Assembly (NCBI GenBank): GCA_963785305.1
Contig: CAWAUV010000008.1
Coordinates: 928,001-992,000, forward strand
Reading direction: 5' to 3'
Source: an uncultured Planctomycetaceae bacterium
GTDB lineage: Bacteria; Planctomycetota; Planctomycetia; Pirellulales; PALSA-1355
DNA: 64,000 bases
Part shown: piece by piece, positions 1 to 10,892 of the stretch
Position numbering within the stretch: the stretch's first letter is position 1
How the letters are laid out: every line of letters begins with the position of its first letter
Position numbers and translations under genes: made by a program
The notes under the pieces: generated by a model
Told to the model about the DNA's origin: nothing
Seen by the model: the letters and a program-made list of their open reading frames with translations, nothing else
The model's database searches: none

Positions 1-9
1 GAACAAGTA

Positions 10-1638
<1,629 letters not shown>

Positions 1639-1651
1639 GAGGATTGTTCTC

Positions 1652-2356
1652 GTGTCTGAAACGTATCTGCCAGCCGAGCTCACGCACGCGCCGGGCCCGC
1701 TCGCGCATCAATTCGAGGACATGGAGCAGCAACATGGCGCCGGCGAACTCGGCATGTGGCTGTTTCTCGTGACCGAGGTGCTGTTTTTCGGTGGGCTCTT
1801 CTGCGCCTACACGATCTACCGCACGCGGAGCCCCGAGACCGAAGCCGCCTTTGCCGAGGCTAGCCATCAACTGAATTTGCGACTAGGCACGGCCAATACC
1901 GCCGTGTTGCTCACCAGCAGCCTCACGATGGTGCTCGCCGTGAATGCCGCGATGCGCGCCCAACAGAAGAAGCTCTTCTGGATGCTCATCGGCACGATCG
2001 TGTTCGGCACGGCCTTCTTGGTAATCAAATACTTCGAGTGGAAGACCGACTACCATGAGGGGCTGATACCGCTGATGAATCTGCCCTTCCGCTGGGAGGC
2101 GCCAGAGCACAATCCGGCCACCGCCGGGACCGCGATGATGTTCTTCAATCTCTATTTCTTCATGACCGGCCTGCATGCGCTGCACATGGTCATTGGCATC
2201 GGTTTTCTACTGCTTTACACCTACTGGGCCCACCGCGGCCACTTGCTTGGCGAGTGCGCCCAGCCGGTGCATTTGCTCGGCTTGTATTGGCACTTCGTCG
2301 ACATCGTGTGGGTGTTTCTCTATCCGTTTCTCTATCTTGTCGGAACGAGGGCTTAA
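1652..2356 (+). CDS. ctaE: Cytochrome c oxidase subunit III
   Basis: GMWLFLVTEVLFFGGLF, MTGLHALH, GLYWHFVDIVWVFLYP; GTG start after AGGAGG. Confidence 0.94.
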   Translation: MSETYLPAELTHAPGPLAHQFEDMEQQHGAGELGMWLFLVTEVLFFGGLFCAYTIYRTRSPETEAAFAEASHQLNLRLGTANTAVLLTSSLTMVLAVNAAMRAQQKKLFWMLIGTIVFGTAFLVIKYFEWKTDYHEGLIPLMNLPFRWEAPEHNPATAGTAMMFFNLYFFMTGLHALHMVIGIGFLLLYTYWAHRGHLLGECAQPVHLLGLYWHFVDIVWVFLYPFLYLVGTRA

Positions 2357-2359
2357 GCG

Positions 2360-2728
2360 ATGTCGGCTCATGGTGGTGAAATCAAGCCCACGGTTGGAAT
2401 GTGCTGGGCGATCTGGCTTGTCCTCTTGGGGCTGTTGCTGCTGACATTCTATGTCGGCGAGGAAGTCGACGCCGGCGATTGGAACTTCGTGATCGCCTTT
2501 ACCATCGCCATGACCAAGGCGCTGCTGATCATTTTGTTCTTCATGCACATTTACTACACCCATCCGCTCATTCGGCTGGTGGCCGCCAGCGGCTTTTTCT
2601 TTCTCGCGATCCTGATCGGATTGACGCTGGTCGACTTCGATTCGCGCAACAAGGAGATCGAGCGCGACGCGCCCGAATACGCCACGAGCACGTCGCAAGA
2701 AGCCCACGTCGAGCCGGCGCCTCGATAG
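2360..2728 (+). CDS. Cytochrome c oxidase subunit IV family protein
   Basis: 3 TM helices, IAMTKALLIILFFMH motif, 3 bp after subunit III. Confidence 0.88.
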   Translation: MSAHGGEIKPTVGMCWAIWLVLLGLLLLTFYVGEEVDAGDWNFVIAFTIAMTKALLIILFFMHIYYTHPLIRLVAASGFFFLAILIGLTLVDFDSRNKEIERDAPEYATSTSQEAHVEPAPR

Positions 2729-2824
2729 CCGAGCGGAGGATCGCGCCCCGCGATCTTTCCACCCCGGCAGTTTCGCTCCCAGGCCACCGGCCACGATGCT
2801 CGCAACAGGAAACGCGATCCGCTT

Positions 2825-3700
2825 GTGAACCACGCCGTGCTTGAGACCGCGATCGCTCCCTTGCGGCGCAAGCTCTGCGAGCATCCGCTGCATGCCGAGC
2901 TCGACGATCGCGGCGCTCTCGCGCTGTTCATGCGGCATCATGTGTTCGCGGTGTGGGATTTCATGTCGCTGCTCATGGCGCTGCGGCGAGAGGTGGCCTC
3001 CGACACGCTCGCCTGGATCCCGCCCGCGAATCGCCTGGGCGCCCGGCTCGTCAATGAAATCGTGTTGGCCGAGGAGAGCGACGACGACGCTCGCGGCGGT
3101 TTCGTCAGCCATTTCGAGATGTACCACGAGGCCATGACGGCCCTGGGCGCCGATACGGGGCCGATCGACGAGCTCATTCGCCGTGTTCGCCAGGGCGAGG
3201 CGGTTGGCAAGGCGATGGCGGCCGCCGAGCTGCCAGATTGCGTGCGACGATTCGTCGGCCACACTTTCGCCGTAATCGCGAGCCGCGATCCTTGCCAGAT
3301 CGCCGCCGCCTTCTCGCTCGGCCGCGAGGACCTCTTGCCGAACGTGTTTTTGCGAATCATCGATTCGCTCCGCGCCGCCGAAGCCGATCACGCCGAAGCC
3401 GATAACATTGACAGGCCCGCCGATTCCGCTCAGCCCGTTGCCACGGTTCGGACCACGGGGGACGAGCAAAGCGAGGGCCTCGAAGCCTTCCGCTACTACC
3501 TGCTGCGGCATGTGGAGCTCGATGGCGATCATCATGGCCCGATGGCCATGCGACTTTTGGAAACGCTCTGCGGCCGCGACCCTCGGAAGTGGCAATCGGC
3601 CCAAGCCGCGGCCGAATCCGCGCTCCTGGCCCGCCTCGATTTTTGGAACGCGATCCACCGGGCCATTTTGACGCGCCGCGAGCAACCGCTCGCCCGGTGA
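2825..3700 (+). CDS. DUF3050 family protein (heme-oxygenase-like fold)
   Basis: FMRHHVFAVWDFMSLL, NEIVLAEESD, SHFEMY, YLLRHVELDGDHHGP motifs. Confidence 0.85.
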   Translation: MNHAVLETAIAPLRRKLCEHPLHAELDDRGALALFMRHHVFAVWDFMSLLMALRREVASDTLAWIPPANRLGARLVNEIVLAEESDDDARGGFVSHFEMYHEAMTALGADTGPIDELIRRVRQGEAVGKAMAAAELPDCVRRFVGHTFAVIASRDPCQIAAAFSLGREDLLPNVFLRIIDSLRAAEADHAEADNIDRPADSAQPVATVRTTGDEQSEGLEAFRYYLLRHVELDGDHHGPMAMRLLETLCGRDPRKWQSAQAAAESALLARLDFWNAIHRAILTRREQPLAR

Positions 3701-3902
3701 CGGCGGTTCCAAATCGGCCTTTCGGCGGCCCGGTTTGAATGGCGGTTCGCGTTCGACTATTCTTAAGAGGATCGTTCGCCGCCGCGGGCCGGGTCGCCGC
3801 GCGGCCCGGCCCGGCCCGCTTATGCGCCCGGGGCTGGCCGACAATGCTCCGCCGGCTGGCTATCGTGTTTTGACCGTTTATTTTCCGCCAATAGGGCCGA
3901 CT

Positions 3903-4607
3903 ATGTCGCTCACCGATCTGTTTTTACGCGGCGCTTTTCTGGGGGCGGAATGGGTCCTCTGGCTGCTGGTGATGCTCAGCTTTCTCAGCGTGATGATCAT
4001 CGTCGAACGCGCGGTGTACTTCATGTCGCGGCGAGTGGATGTCGATCGGCTTTCGGCCGAGCTTCGCGCGACCCTGGCCGCCGGCAATCTCGAGGAAGCC
4101 CAGCGGCTGGTGGCGCACTCCCGGGCCATTGAGTGTCGCGTGATCGCGGCCGGTCTGGCCGCGCTCAGGCAAGGGCGCGGCGTGCATGCCGTGAGCGAGA
4201 CGATGCTCAGCGTCAAGGCGCGCGAGCGGCTGCGGCTCGAGCAATTTCTGCCGGTGCTCGGCACCCTGGGCAGCAACGCGCCGTTTGTCGGCCTGTTTGG
4301 CACCGTGCTCGGCATTATCAAAGCGGCTCACGACATGGGCCAGGCTCAAGCCGCCCAGCAAGGCGCGGCCAACGCGGTGATGGCCGGCGTGTTCGAGTCG
4401 CTCGTGGCCACGGCCGTGGGCCTGTTCGTGGCGATTCCGGCGATCGTGGCATTTAACTATTTCCAGCGCCGGGTGCGCGGTTCGCTTGGCCGAGCCGATG
4501 TGCTCGCGCATCTCTTGCTCTCGATGATGAAGCCCGAGCAAGCGCCGCCGCCGCGTTTGCCCAAGAGCGTGGGCCCCAAGCCGGTGGAGGCGCCGCATGG
4601 CCGGTAG
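3903..4607 (+). CDS. exbB: MotA/TolQ/ExbB proton-channel protein
   Basis: LGTLGSNAPFVGLFGTVLGII and ESLVATAVGLFVAIPA; start chosen at ATG 3903. Confidence 0.9.
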   Translation: MSLTDLFLRGAFLGAEWVLWLLVMLSFLSVMIIVERAVYFMSRRVDVDRLSAELRATLAAGNLEEAQRLVAHSRAIECRVIAAGLAALRQGRGVHAVSETMLSVKARERLRLEQFLPVLGTLGSNAPFVGLFGTVLGIIKAAHDMGQAQAAQQGAANAVMAGVFESLVATAVGLFVAIPAIVAFNYFQRRVRGSLGRADVLAHLLLSMMKPEQAPPPRLPKSVGPKPVEAPHGR

Positions 4608-5040
4608 CGCGGGCGGATATGCCGACGAAGGCGAAGACGCCCTGATCACGGATATCAATGTCACGCCGCTGGTCGATGTGGTGTTGGTGCTGCTGATCGT
4701 GTTCATGATCACGATGCCCACGATTGTGCGCAACGACGCGCTCAAGGAGCGGGAAATGAGCGTTGTGTTGCCGCAGGCGAGCGAAGCGGCGCCGCTCTCG
4801 GCCAAGCCCAAGGAACTGTATGTAAATGTCGACGCCGACGGCCACTATAAGGTGCGAGGCAAACCACAGTCCGAGGCCGAGCTCGCCACGATTCTCGCTC
4901 AAGCCCAGGCCGACAATCCCGGCCGCGCCGCGGTGAAGATTCGGGCCGACCGCCATTGCCGCTGGCAGTTTGTCGTCACGGTGATGAATCTTTGCAACAA
5001 GGCCAAGATTCGCGATTACCAGGTGATGACCGCCGACTGA
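4597..5040 (+). CDS. exbD: ExbD/TolR biopolymer transport protein
   Basis: DINVTPLVDVVLVLLIVFMI and KIRAD; overlaps the exbB stop. Confidence 0.92.
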   Translation: MAGSAGGYADEGEDALITDINVTPLVDVVLVLLIVFMITMPTIVRNDALKEREMSVVLPQASEAAPLSAKPKELYVNVDADGHYKVRGKPQSEAELATILAQAQADNPGRAAVKIRADRHCRWQFVVTVMNLCNKAKIRDYQVMTAD

Positions 5041-5395
5041 TGTCGGAGCGGCGAGGATGGCGCCTGTCGACCGCGCCAGCGCCGAGCACAGCGCGTCGCC
5101 GGCTCGCAAAATAGCGACCTGGGTCGTTATTTAAACAGCTCGCTGTCCTTCGCCGGCGCTTCAGGCTTGCGTGGGGGGGCTGTCGCGAGGCGCCGGAATG
5201 CAACGGACCAAGGCTCGCCATGAGCCCGCTGGCCACGAATCGGCATTTTCTGCTCTGGGCGCCGCCCGCCGGCTGGGCGTATGCTTACCGCCCGCCAAGC
5301 GGTCCATCGCTCGCTCGCGCCCGATATGGCGGGCACTCGTTTTTCCCAAGGAACCGGTCGGCAATCGACCGCCCCGCCGCGCGAGGCGCCTTCCA

Positions 5396-6260
5396 ATGCA
5401 TATGAACCCATCGCGATTTCGATCCATCGCCCGTTGGCTGGCCTTCTTGCCGATCGCGCTCGCGGTGCTTTGGCTCTGCCGGCTCGCGGGCGCCGCGGCC
5501 GAGAATTCCGCTGGCGGCTCGCTCGACGCGGCCCCCTTCGAGGAACTGGTGCGCGACTTGATCCTCCGCGAGCTGAAAGAAAAATACCAGGATCAACATC
5601 ACTGGGGCCAAACCAAGAAGATCGAGCGAACCCAAGTTCGCGGAAAATGGTTCGAGCCGCGATTGGAAACGAAGACCGTCGAGGTGAACGATGGGCTCTG
5701 GCAGCGCGTGGAAGTGACGCTCGTCGAGCCCGAGAAAAACTTCGCCGTGGCCCTCGGCGCCATTCCCACCGCCGCGGGCGCCACGCAGCGCGTTTTCACT
5801 GACCCTACAAGCCAAGATCGCCGGCGATGCCCGCGTCGAACGCTGGCGCGCCGGAGTGAAGGGGCTCAATGTCGATGTGCGCTTCGACGCCACGGTTCGC
5901 GTGCGCGTCGACACGCAACTGGCCCTCCGCTTTCCCGAGGGTCAAGTGCTCAGCGACATCGAGATCGATCCCAAGATCACGCATGTGCAACTCGACTTGA
6001 TCGACTTCGAGCTGCGGAAAGTCGGCGTGATCGGCCGCGATCTGGCCCGGGAACTCAGCGGCCCGCTCAAGCCGGTCGTCGAGCACGAGCTCAAGCGCCG
6101 CGAGCCGCGGATCGCCGACAAGATCAACGCCGCGATCGACAAGCGCCGCGATCGGCTCCGGTTCTCGCCCGACAAATACTTGGCGTCGGGCTGGACGAAA
6201 TTGGCCGGCGCCCTGGGCGGTTCGTCGGATAAAGCCGGCGATAAGAAGCCATCGCCTTGA
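5396..6260 (+). CDS. Hypothetical exported protein (frameshift near 5790)
   Basis: Signal-peptide-like N-terminus in the 5171 frame; sensible protein continues in the 5856 frame (FSLTLQAKIAGDARVERWRAGVKGLN). Confidence 0.6.
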
Positions 6261-6307
6261 ACATCGGGACCACGAGCGCCGCGTGACGTGAACGTGTTCG
6301 TCGGCGG

Positions 6308-6399
6308 GCGCCATGCCCAACCACGCCTCCGAGCGGGGCACGTTTTCAAGCGCAACGCACGGGAGCTCATGCCCACGCGGGGCGGCGAGGACATGGCAT
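6308..6399. repeat. Degenerate REP-doublet (REPIN-like) copy
   Basis: GCCATGCCC...GTTTTCAAGCGCAACGC...CATGCCCACGCGGGG...CATGGCA resembles 27012-27094, including the spacer; lies between convergent genes. Confidence 0.6.
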
Positions 6400-6435
6400 G
6401 CGAATCCAAGGCGTCATGCGAACCGTGACCATGCG

Positions 6436-7390
6436 CTAGCCTTGAAAATGCGCGTAGCTTTTGCGACACGGCGCCGCCGAGTTTCGCGAGCAATGCGCGG
6501 GGCGGTTGTCGCGATGCATCGCGAGACCGGGGAATCGGGTCTGTTCGACTCCGCATTGGTCCGGGCCCCAAGGCGAAGCCACGGGCGCCAAAATCCGCGC
6601 CACGGCCACCCGACCGATCTGCTCGTGTCCACTGGCCACGAGGCGCTCGACCAGCATGCGTGCCTCGGCCAGATTGCGCGGCCAAGGGTAGCCGCGGAGC
6701 CACTCGCGAGCTGCGGGGGATAGAGTGACCACGCGCTTTGAACCGCTATCTTCTCGCAGGAGCTCATCGTGCAGCATGTGGTCGACAAGCTGCTCGACTT
6801 CGTCGGCCCGCTCCGCGAGCGCGATGAGCTGCAAATGTCCGGCCCCTCGCAATGTCGCGGCGATCCGCGGATCGCCGAGCAAACAAGCGACCGCGGGATC
6901 CAGCGCGGCAAAGGCCCGGAGGCCATCGGCCGGCAGTTCGCGGCGGGTGGTGAGAATGACCCGGGCCGCGAAGGGCACGCGTTCCTTGGTTCCGAGCGGC
7001 GTCACGTGGCGCTCGCCGAGAGCGCGAACAAGGTCGCGAAGCGCGGCGGAACCGAGTTGGTCGACATTTTCGAAGACGACCGTGCCTTGGCCAGCCGCCC
7101 GCAGCGCCGCCGAAGGCGGCGCCCACTCCGCGCACCAAGCCATGGGCCCCGTGCCCAAAAGCTTCGCCAAAAAAGAGCGTTCCAGGAAGCCGAGCACAAT
7201 CAACCACGATCAGCGGTTGCTGGCGGCGAGAAGAGATATGGTGCAGCGCCGCGGCTAGATACGACTTTCCCGCGCCCTCGGGCCCGCTCACCAGGAGGGG
7301 CGCCTCGCTCTGGGCGACGGCTTCCGCCTGCCGGCGCAAAGCCGGGCCGCAGGCGGCGAGGTCGTTGGTTTTGCCCGCGAAGCTGCTCAT
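6436..7390 (-). CDS. Degenerate sigma54-interaction (bEBP-like AAA+) protein without HTH; frameshift near 7105
   Basis: LLVSGPEGAGKS, VVDCARLP, AAGQGTVVFENV, YPWPRN follow bEBP motif order; GAFTGA, Walker B DE and sensor II RE are altered. Confidence 0.75.
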
Positions 7391-7466
7391 TGGCGTGAGA
7401 CCTGAACCCAGTAACGAATCGAACAAAACGCCGCGCGACCATCGAGAGCCGCGAACACCCAAAGGA

Positions 7467-8723
7467 TCAATACACCGGCTTCGCCACTCGAATTCCGTAT
7501 TTGCGAATCTTGCGAGCCAGCAACTTGCGATCGATGCCCAGCAGCCTCGCGGCCGCGGCTTGATTGAAATTCGTCTGTCCGAGCGTGCGGCGAATGTGAT
7601 CTCGCTCCACTTCGGCCAAGGTCAACCAACCATCGGCCCGGCCGGCTCGCGGGTCTTCGTCTTCGAGCGACGATCGCGCCGCGTCGAAGGCGTCGGCAAA
7701 GTCGGCGTCGCGAAGTTCATCGACCGGAGGAAGATCGCGGACCATTGCCGTGGGGAATCGAACGATCCCGTCGCGAGCGTCGTCGCCGAGGCCGGTCAGC
7801 CGATCGATCAATCGCTCGGCAGCCGACATCTCGCTTCCCATATCGCTGTTCGCCGCGGCGTGATTCGTGTTCGACGGTTCCGCGGCGGAGGCGCTGGTCT
7901 CGCGCATCTTCGCGGCGACCGCTTCTTGCACCTGCGGAAAACATTCGGGGCCCAGCACCGGCGCCAGGCCGGGCTTGGCCGACTCGGCAAACACCACCGC
8001 TCGCTCGATCAGGTTTTCAAGCTCTCGGATATTGCCGGGCCAATCATGGAGTTCCAAAAGCAGCAGCGCGGCGGGCGAAAGCTCCGCGAGCGGCAATCCG
8101 TTTTCAATCGATGCCTTGGCAATGAAATGTTGCGCCAAGATGCCGATATCGCCGCGCCGATCGGCCAGCGCCGGTGTCTCGATCGACACGACATTCAGCC
8201 GATAGAACAGGTCCAAGCGGAATCGACCGCTGGCCACGGCCGCTTCCAAATTTCGATTCGTCGCCGCCACGATTCGCACATCGACCGGCACTCCCTCGTG
8301 ACTGCCCACGGGCGAGACCTTGCGCTCTTGCAACGCTCGCAGAAGCTTGGATTGCAACTCGAGATCGAGCTCGCCGATTTCATCGAGAAACAACGTGCCG
8401 CCATCGGCCGCCCGGAAACAACCCAACGCATTACTCGCGGCGCCGGTAAACGCGCCTTTGATGTGTCCAAAGAGTTGACTCGCGAACAAGCCCGCTGGAA
8501 GCGCTGCGCAATTGACCGGAATAAACGGCTTCTCGCCGCGCGCGCTGTGCGTATGAATCGCGCGGGCCACGAGTTCCTTGCCGGTGCCGCTTGGTCCATG
8601 GATCAACACATTGAACCGGCCATTCGCGATGCGAAGTATGCGCTCGCGCACTGCGCGCATCTCATTCGAATTGCCGATGAGGTGATCGAGGCCCACTTTG
8701 CTAGTGTGCGTGGAAGCAGCCAT
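7467..8723 (-). CDS. Sigma54-dependent transcriptional activator (AAA+ and Fis HTH, no N-terminal sensor domain)
   Basis: GPSGTGKE, GAFTGA, LFLDEIGEL, WPGNIRELEN, C-terminal NQAAAARLLGIDRKLL. Confidence 0.93.
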   Translation of the reverse strand: MAASTHTSKVGLDHLIGNSNEMRAVRERILRIANGRFNVLIHGPSGTGKELVARAIHTHSARGEKPFIPVNCAALPAGLFASQLFGHIKGAFTGAASNALGCFRAADGGTLFLDEIGELDLELQSKLLRALQERKVSPVGSHEGVPVDVRIVAATNRNLEAAVASGRFRLDLFYRLNVVSIETPALADRRGDIGILAQHFIAKASIENGLPLAELSPAALLLLELHDWPGNIRELENLIERAVVFAESAKPGLAPVLGPECFPQVQEAVAAKMRETSASAAEPSNTNHAAANSDMGSEMSAAERLIDRLTGLGDDARDGIVRFPTAMVRDLPPVDELRDADFADAFDAARSSLEDEDPRAGRADGWLTLAEVERDHIRRTLGQTNFNQAAAARLLGIDRKLLARKIRKYGIRVAKPVY

Positions 8724-9039
8724 GTTCGTGCTCTCTTGCGAAAATCGCTCGGACAACTCGCGAAAATCAATCGCGATCACGAGTGCGGAGTCGAGCGCGA
8801 TTGTCGCTCGGCGCCCCGCTGAAAGCAAGCGATTTCAACGATTATTTTGACGGGCGACTAGAAGCCAGGGTCGCAAAATGAGAGCCATGCCTCGCCGACC
8901 CCAGATGACCATATCGCCGACGTTCGCTCGGGTCACGGTCGAGCCCCGGGCCCAGAAAGAAAAGACACCCATGAGGGTGGGTAATTCGCGGGGCGAAGCA
9001 TTCCACGCGGGTGCCCGGAAAGCTCCGGTCAACAGGCTG

Positions 9040-9918
9040 CTAGGCGGCCCGGCGGGCGGCTTGGAAGCTGGCTCGGCGAGCGTCGCCGCGCACAATCCGC
9101 AGGCTCTCCTGAAAATGCCGCTCGAGGGCCATGAATTTCTGGGCGTCGCCACCACGGTCGGGATGGGTCGCAAAAGCTAGTTGGCGAAATGCTCGCTTCA
9201 CCTCGTCTTCACTGCATCCGGCCACGAGTCCCAGCGCCGCGAGGGCCGCCGGCGTGGGACGAGGGGCGCCTTGGGAAAGCCCGCTAAAGAAAGTCCCGTC
9301 GATCATGCTTTCGGGGGCCGTGGGGCGAGCCTTTCGATGGACGCCGCGAGCGTCCCACGCCATGAACACCCCGCCCAAAAGCGGCATCAGCGTGAGCAGC
9401 GCGGCCCAAGTCATCGGCGCCGGAGCATGCTCTTTCGTCGCTGCCGGCGTCGGCGCGGCGGCTTGCGCTTCGGGCGCCTCGCCTTGCGCGCCATCGCCTC
9501 GCAGTGGCTGCGGTTCATGGGCCAGCTCCGTCAGATTGCCGTCGAACACCGAATCGGCCCCGGAATCCAAGCCCGAGCCGGCGAGACTCGATCCGGCCGA
9601 TCGCGAGACCGAAAGCCCGATATCGGCGCCGAGCGCCGAGCGGTGGGTGCTCGCGATGTTTTGAGCGTCGAGCACACCCCTCCAGGGCGCAGCGGTTGTT
9701 TCACCATCGCCCGAAAGGTCTCCAGCGACCGAGTGCTCCGCAAGCGAGCGAGCGTCGGGAACCCAAGGGCTCACGCTCGACACGACTCGGGGCGAATCCT
9801 CGACAGCCACGCTGGTAAACGACGCTTCGTCCGTCGGCATCGAAGCCGCGCGGACCGGAACCGCCACTCCGGCAAAAGTCAGGCTGATGACCGCCATGCC
9901 GAAGTTGGTGTATTTCAT
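9040..9918 (-). CDS. Exported, membrane-anchored protein with C-terminal J domain
   Basis: Signal peptide, low-complexity ectodomain, TM helix, then LGL...VKRAFRQLAFATHPDRGG. Confidence 0.8.
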   Translation of the reverse strand: MKYTNFGMAVISLTFAGVAVPVRAASMPTDEASFTSVAVEDSPRVVSSVSPWVPDARSLAEHSVAGDLSGDGETTAAPWRGVLDAQNIASTHRSALGADIGLSVSRSAGSSLAGSGLDSGADSVFDGNLTELAHEPQPLRGDGAQGEAPEAQAAAPTPAATKEHAPAPMTWAALLTLMPLLGGVFMAWDARGVHRKARPTAPESMIDGTFFSGLSQGAPRPTPAALAALGLVAGCSEDEVKRAFRQLAFATHPDRGGDAQKFMALERHFQESLRIVRGDARRASFQAARRAA

Positions 9919-10045
9919 TGGCGTTCTCCTTATGCACGAAACTCAAAAAAATTCGGTGAAAATCGCACTATTTCGGGCCCGCTCGTTCCAGCGACCTTGG
10001 ATCGCTCGCGGCTCGGCTTATCGAACACTCACCAACAGTCCGCAA

Positions 10046-10420
10046 TCAGCAAGCGGCGCCGGCGCTCAACCACTCGGCTTGAAGCGGCTTGCTCAGATAC
10101 ATTTCGGCGCCGCTGCATCGGGCGCTGATCTCGTCTTCGGCCGAATAGCGGTCGCTGACCAAAATCACCGGCACGCCTGGATAGCGCCAGCGAAGCATGC
10201 TGAGCAGGTCGGGCCCGGCCATGTCGGGTAGTCGCATGTTGACCACCCACATATCGGGCCCCGCGGCCGGATCGCGACGCAGCGCCGCGCGGCCGGTGTC
10301 GAACACCGAGAGCTCGAAGCCCTCGGCGGTCGCCTCGCGAAGAATCTCGGAATAGTCCGAGCAACTCGAATCCACGACGAACACTCGCGTGGTGTTCTTT
10401 GCCGCCGAAACCATCATCAT
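10046..10420 (-). CDS. Single-domain response regulator, atypical (phosphoacceptor Asp replaced by Asn)
   Basis: VFVVD..., VVNMRLPDMAG, PVILVS, YLSKP. Confidence 0.85.
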   Translation of the reverse strand: MMMVSAAKNTTRVFVVDSSCSDYSEILREATAEGFELSVFDTGRAALRRDPAAGPDMWVVNMRLPDMAGPDLLSMLRWRYPGVPVILVSDRYSAEDEISARCSGAEMYLSKPLQAEWLSAGAAC

Positions 10421-10532
10421 GAGAATTGCCTTATGATCGTTTGCTTCCCCATGGGCTCGGGAAGCGGTGCGAACTCGGAAGCCTCGCGGCGATCACCCTG
10501 TCGTGCTCGCTTGACTTCTGGCATCGGGTAAA

Positions 10533-10549
10533 AGCAACGCATGTGCCGA
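10533..10549 (-). promoter_or_regulatory. Sigma54 -24/-12 promoter
   Basis: TCGGCACATGCGTTGCT (GG-N10-GC, close to consensus), about 110 bp upstream of the receiver gene. Confidence 0.75.
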
Positions 10550-10633
10550 GAGGGCGAGCGCCCCTTGCAAACGCGACCTAAGTGCTGAAGGGCGCTAGAG
10601 AAGAAAATTCGCGAGATGCGGGCCGCAGGCGTC

Positions 10634-10765
10634 GGGGTGAAAAAGGCCCCGGAAGACGAGGGTCGAAATAACCAGACGCGGGGTCATTTTGACCCTGGAA
10701 AACAGGGCGAAAATGACGCAAAGCAGGGTCGTTTTGACCCTCGTCGCGCTGGGTCGAAACGACCC
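10634..10765. repeat. Array of 15-bp palindromes GGGTC-N5-GACCC, putative bEBP enhancer sites
   Basis: Copies at 10660, 10681, 10705, 10726 and 10751 (weaker one near 10634), spaced 21-25 bp. Confidence 0.7.
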
Positions 10766-10892
10766 CGGGTTATTTGCCGATGGAGAAAGGCAGCGCACGC
10801 TCGAACGCCACGAGTCGGACTGCTTCGAAAGAGAGATGCTCGAAGCGCAATGAGAGAGCACATTCGCCCGGCGATATCGGGCGCCGGCGCTG

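Noticed and set aside
10634..10765. Palindrome array as a mini-CRISPR
   Set aside because: Units are 15 bp with 6-10 bp gaps, far too short for spacers, and no cas genes are present
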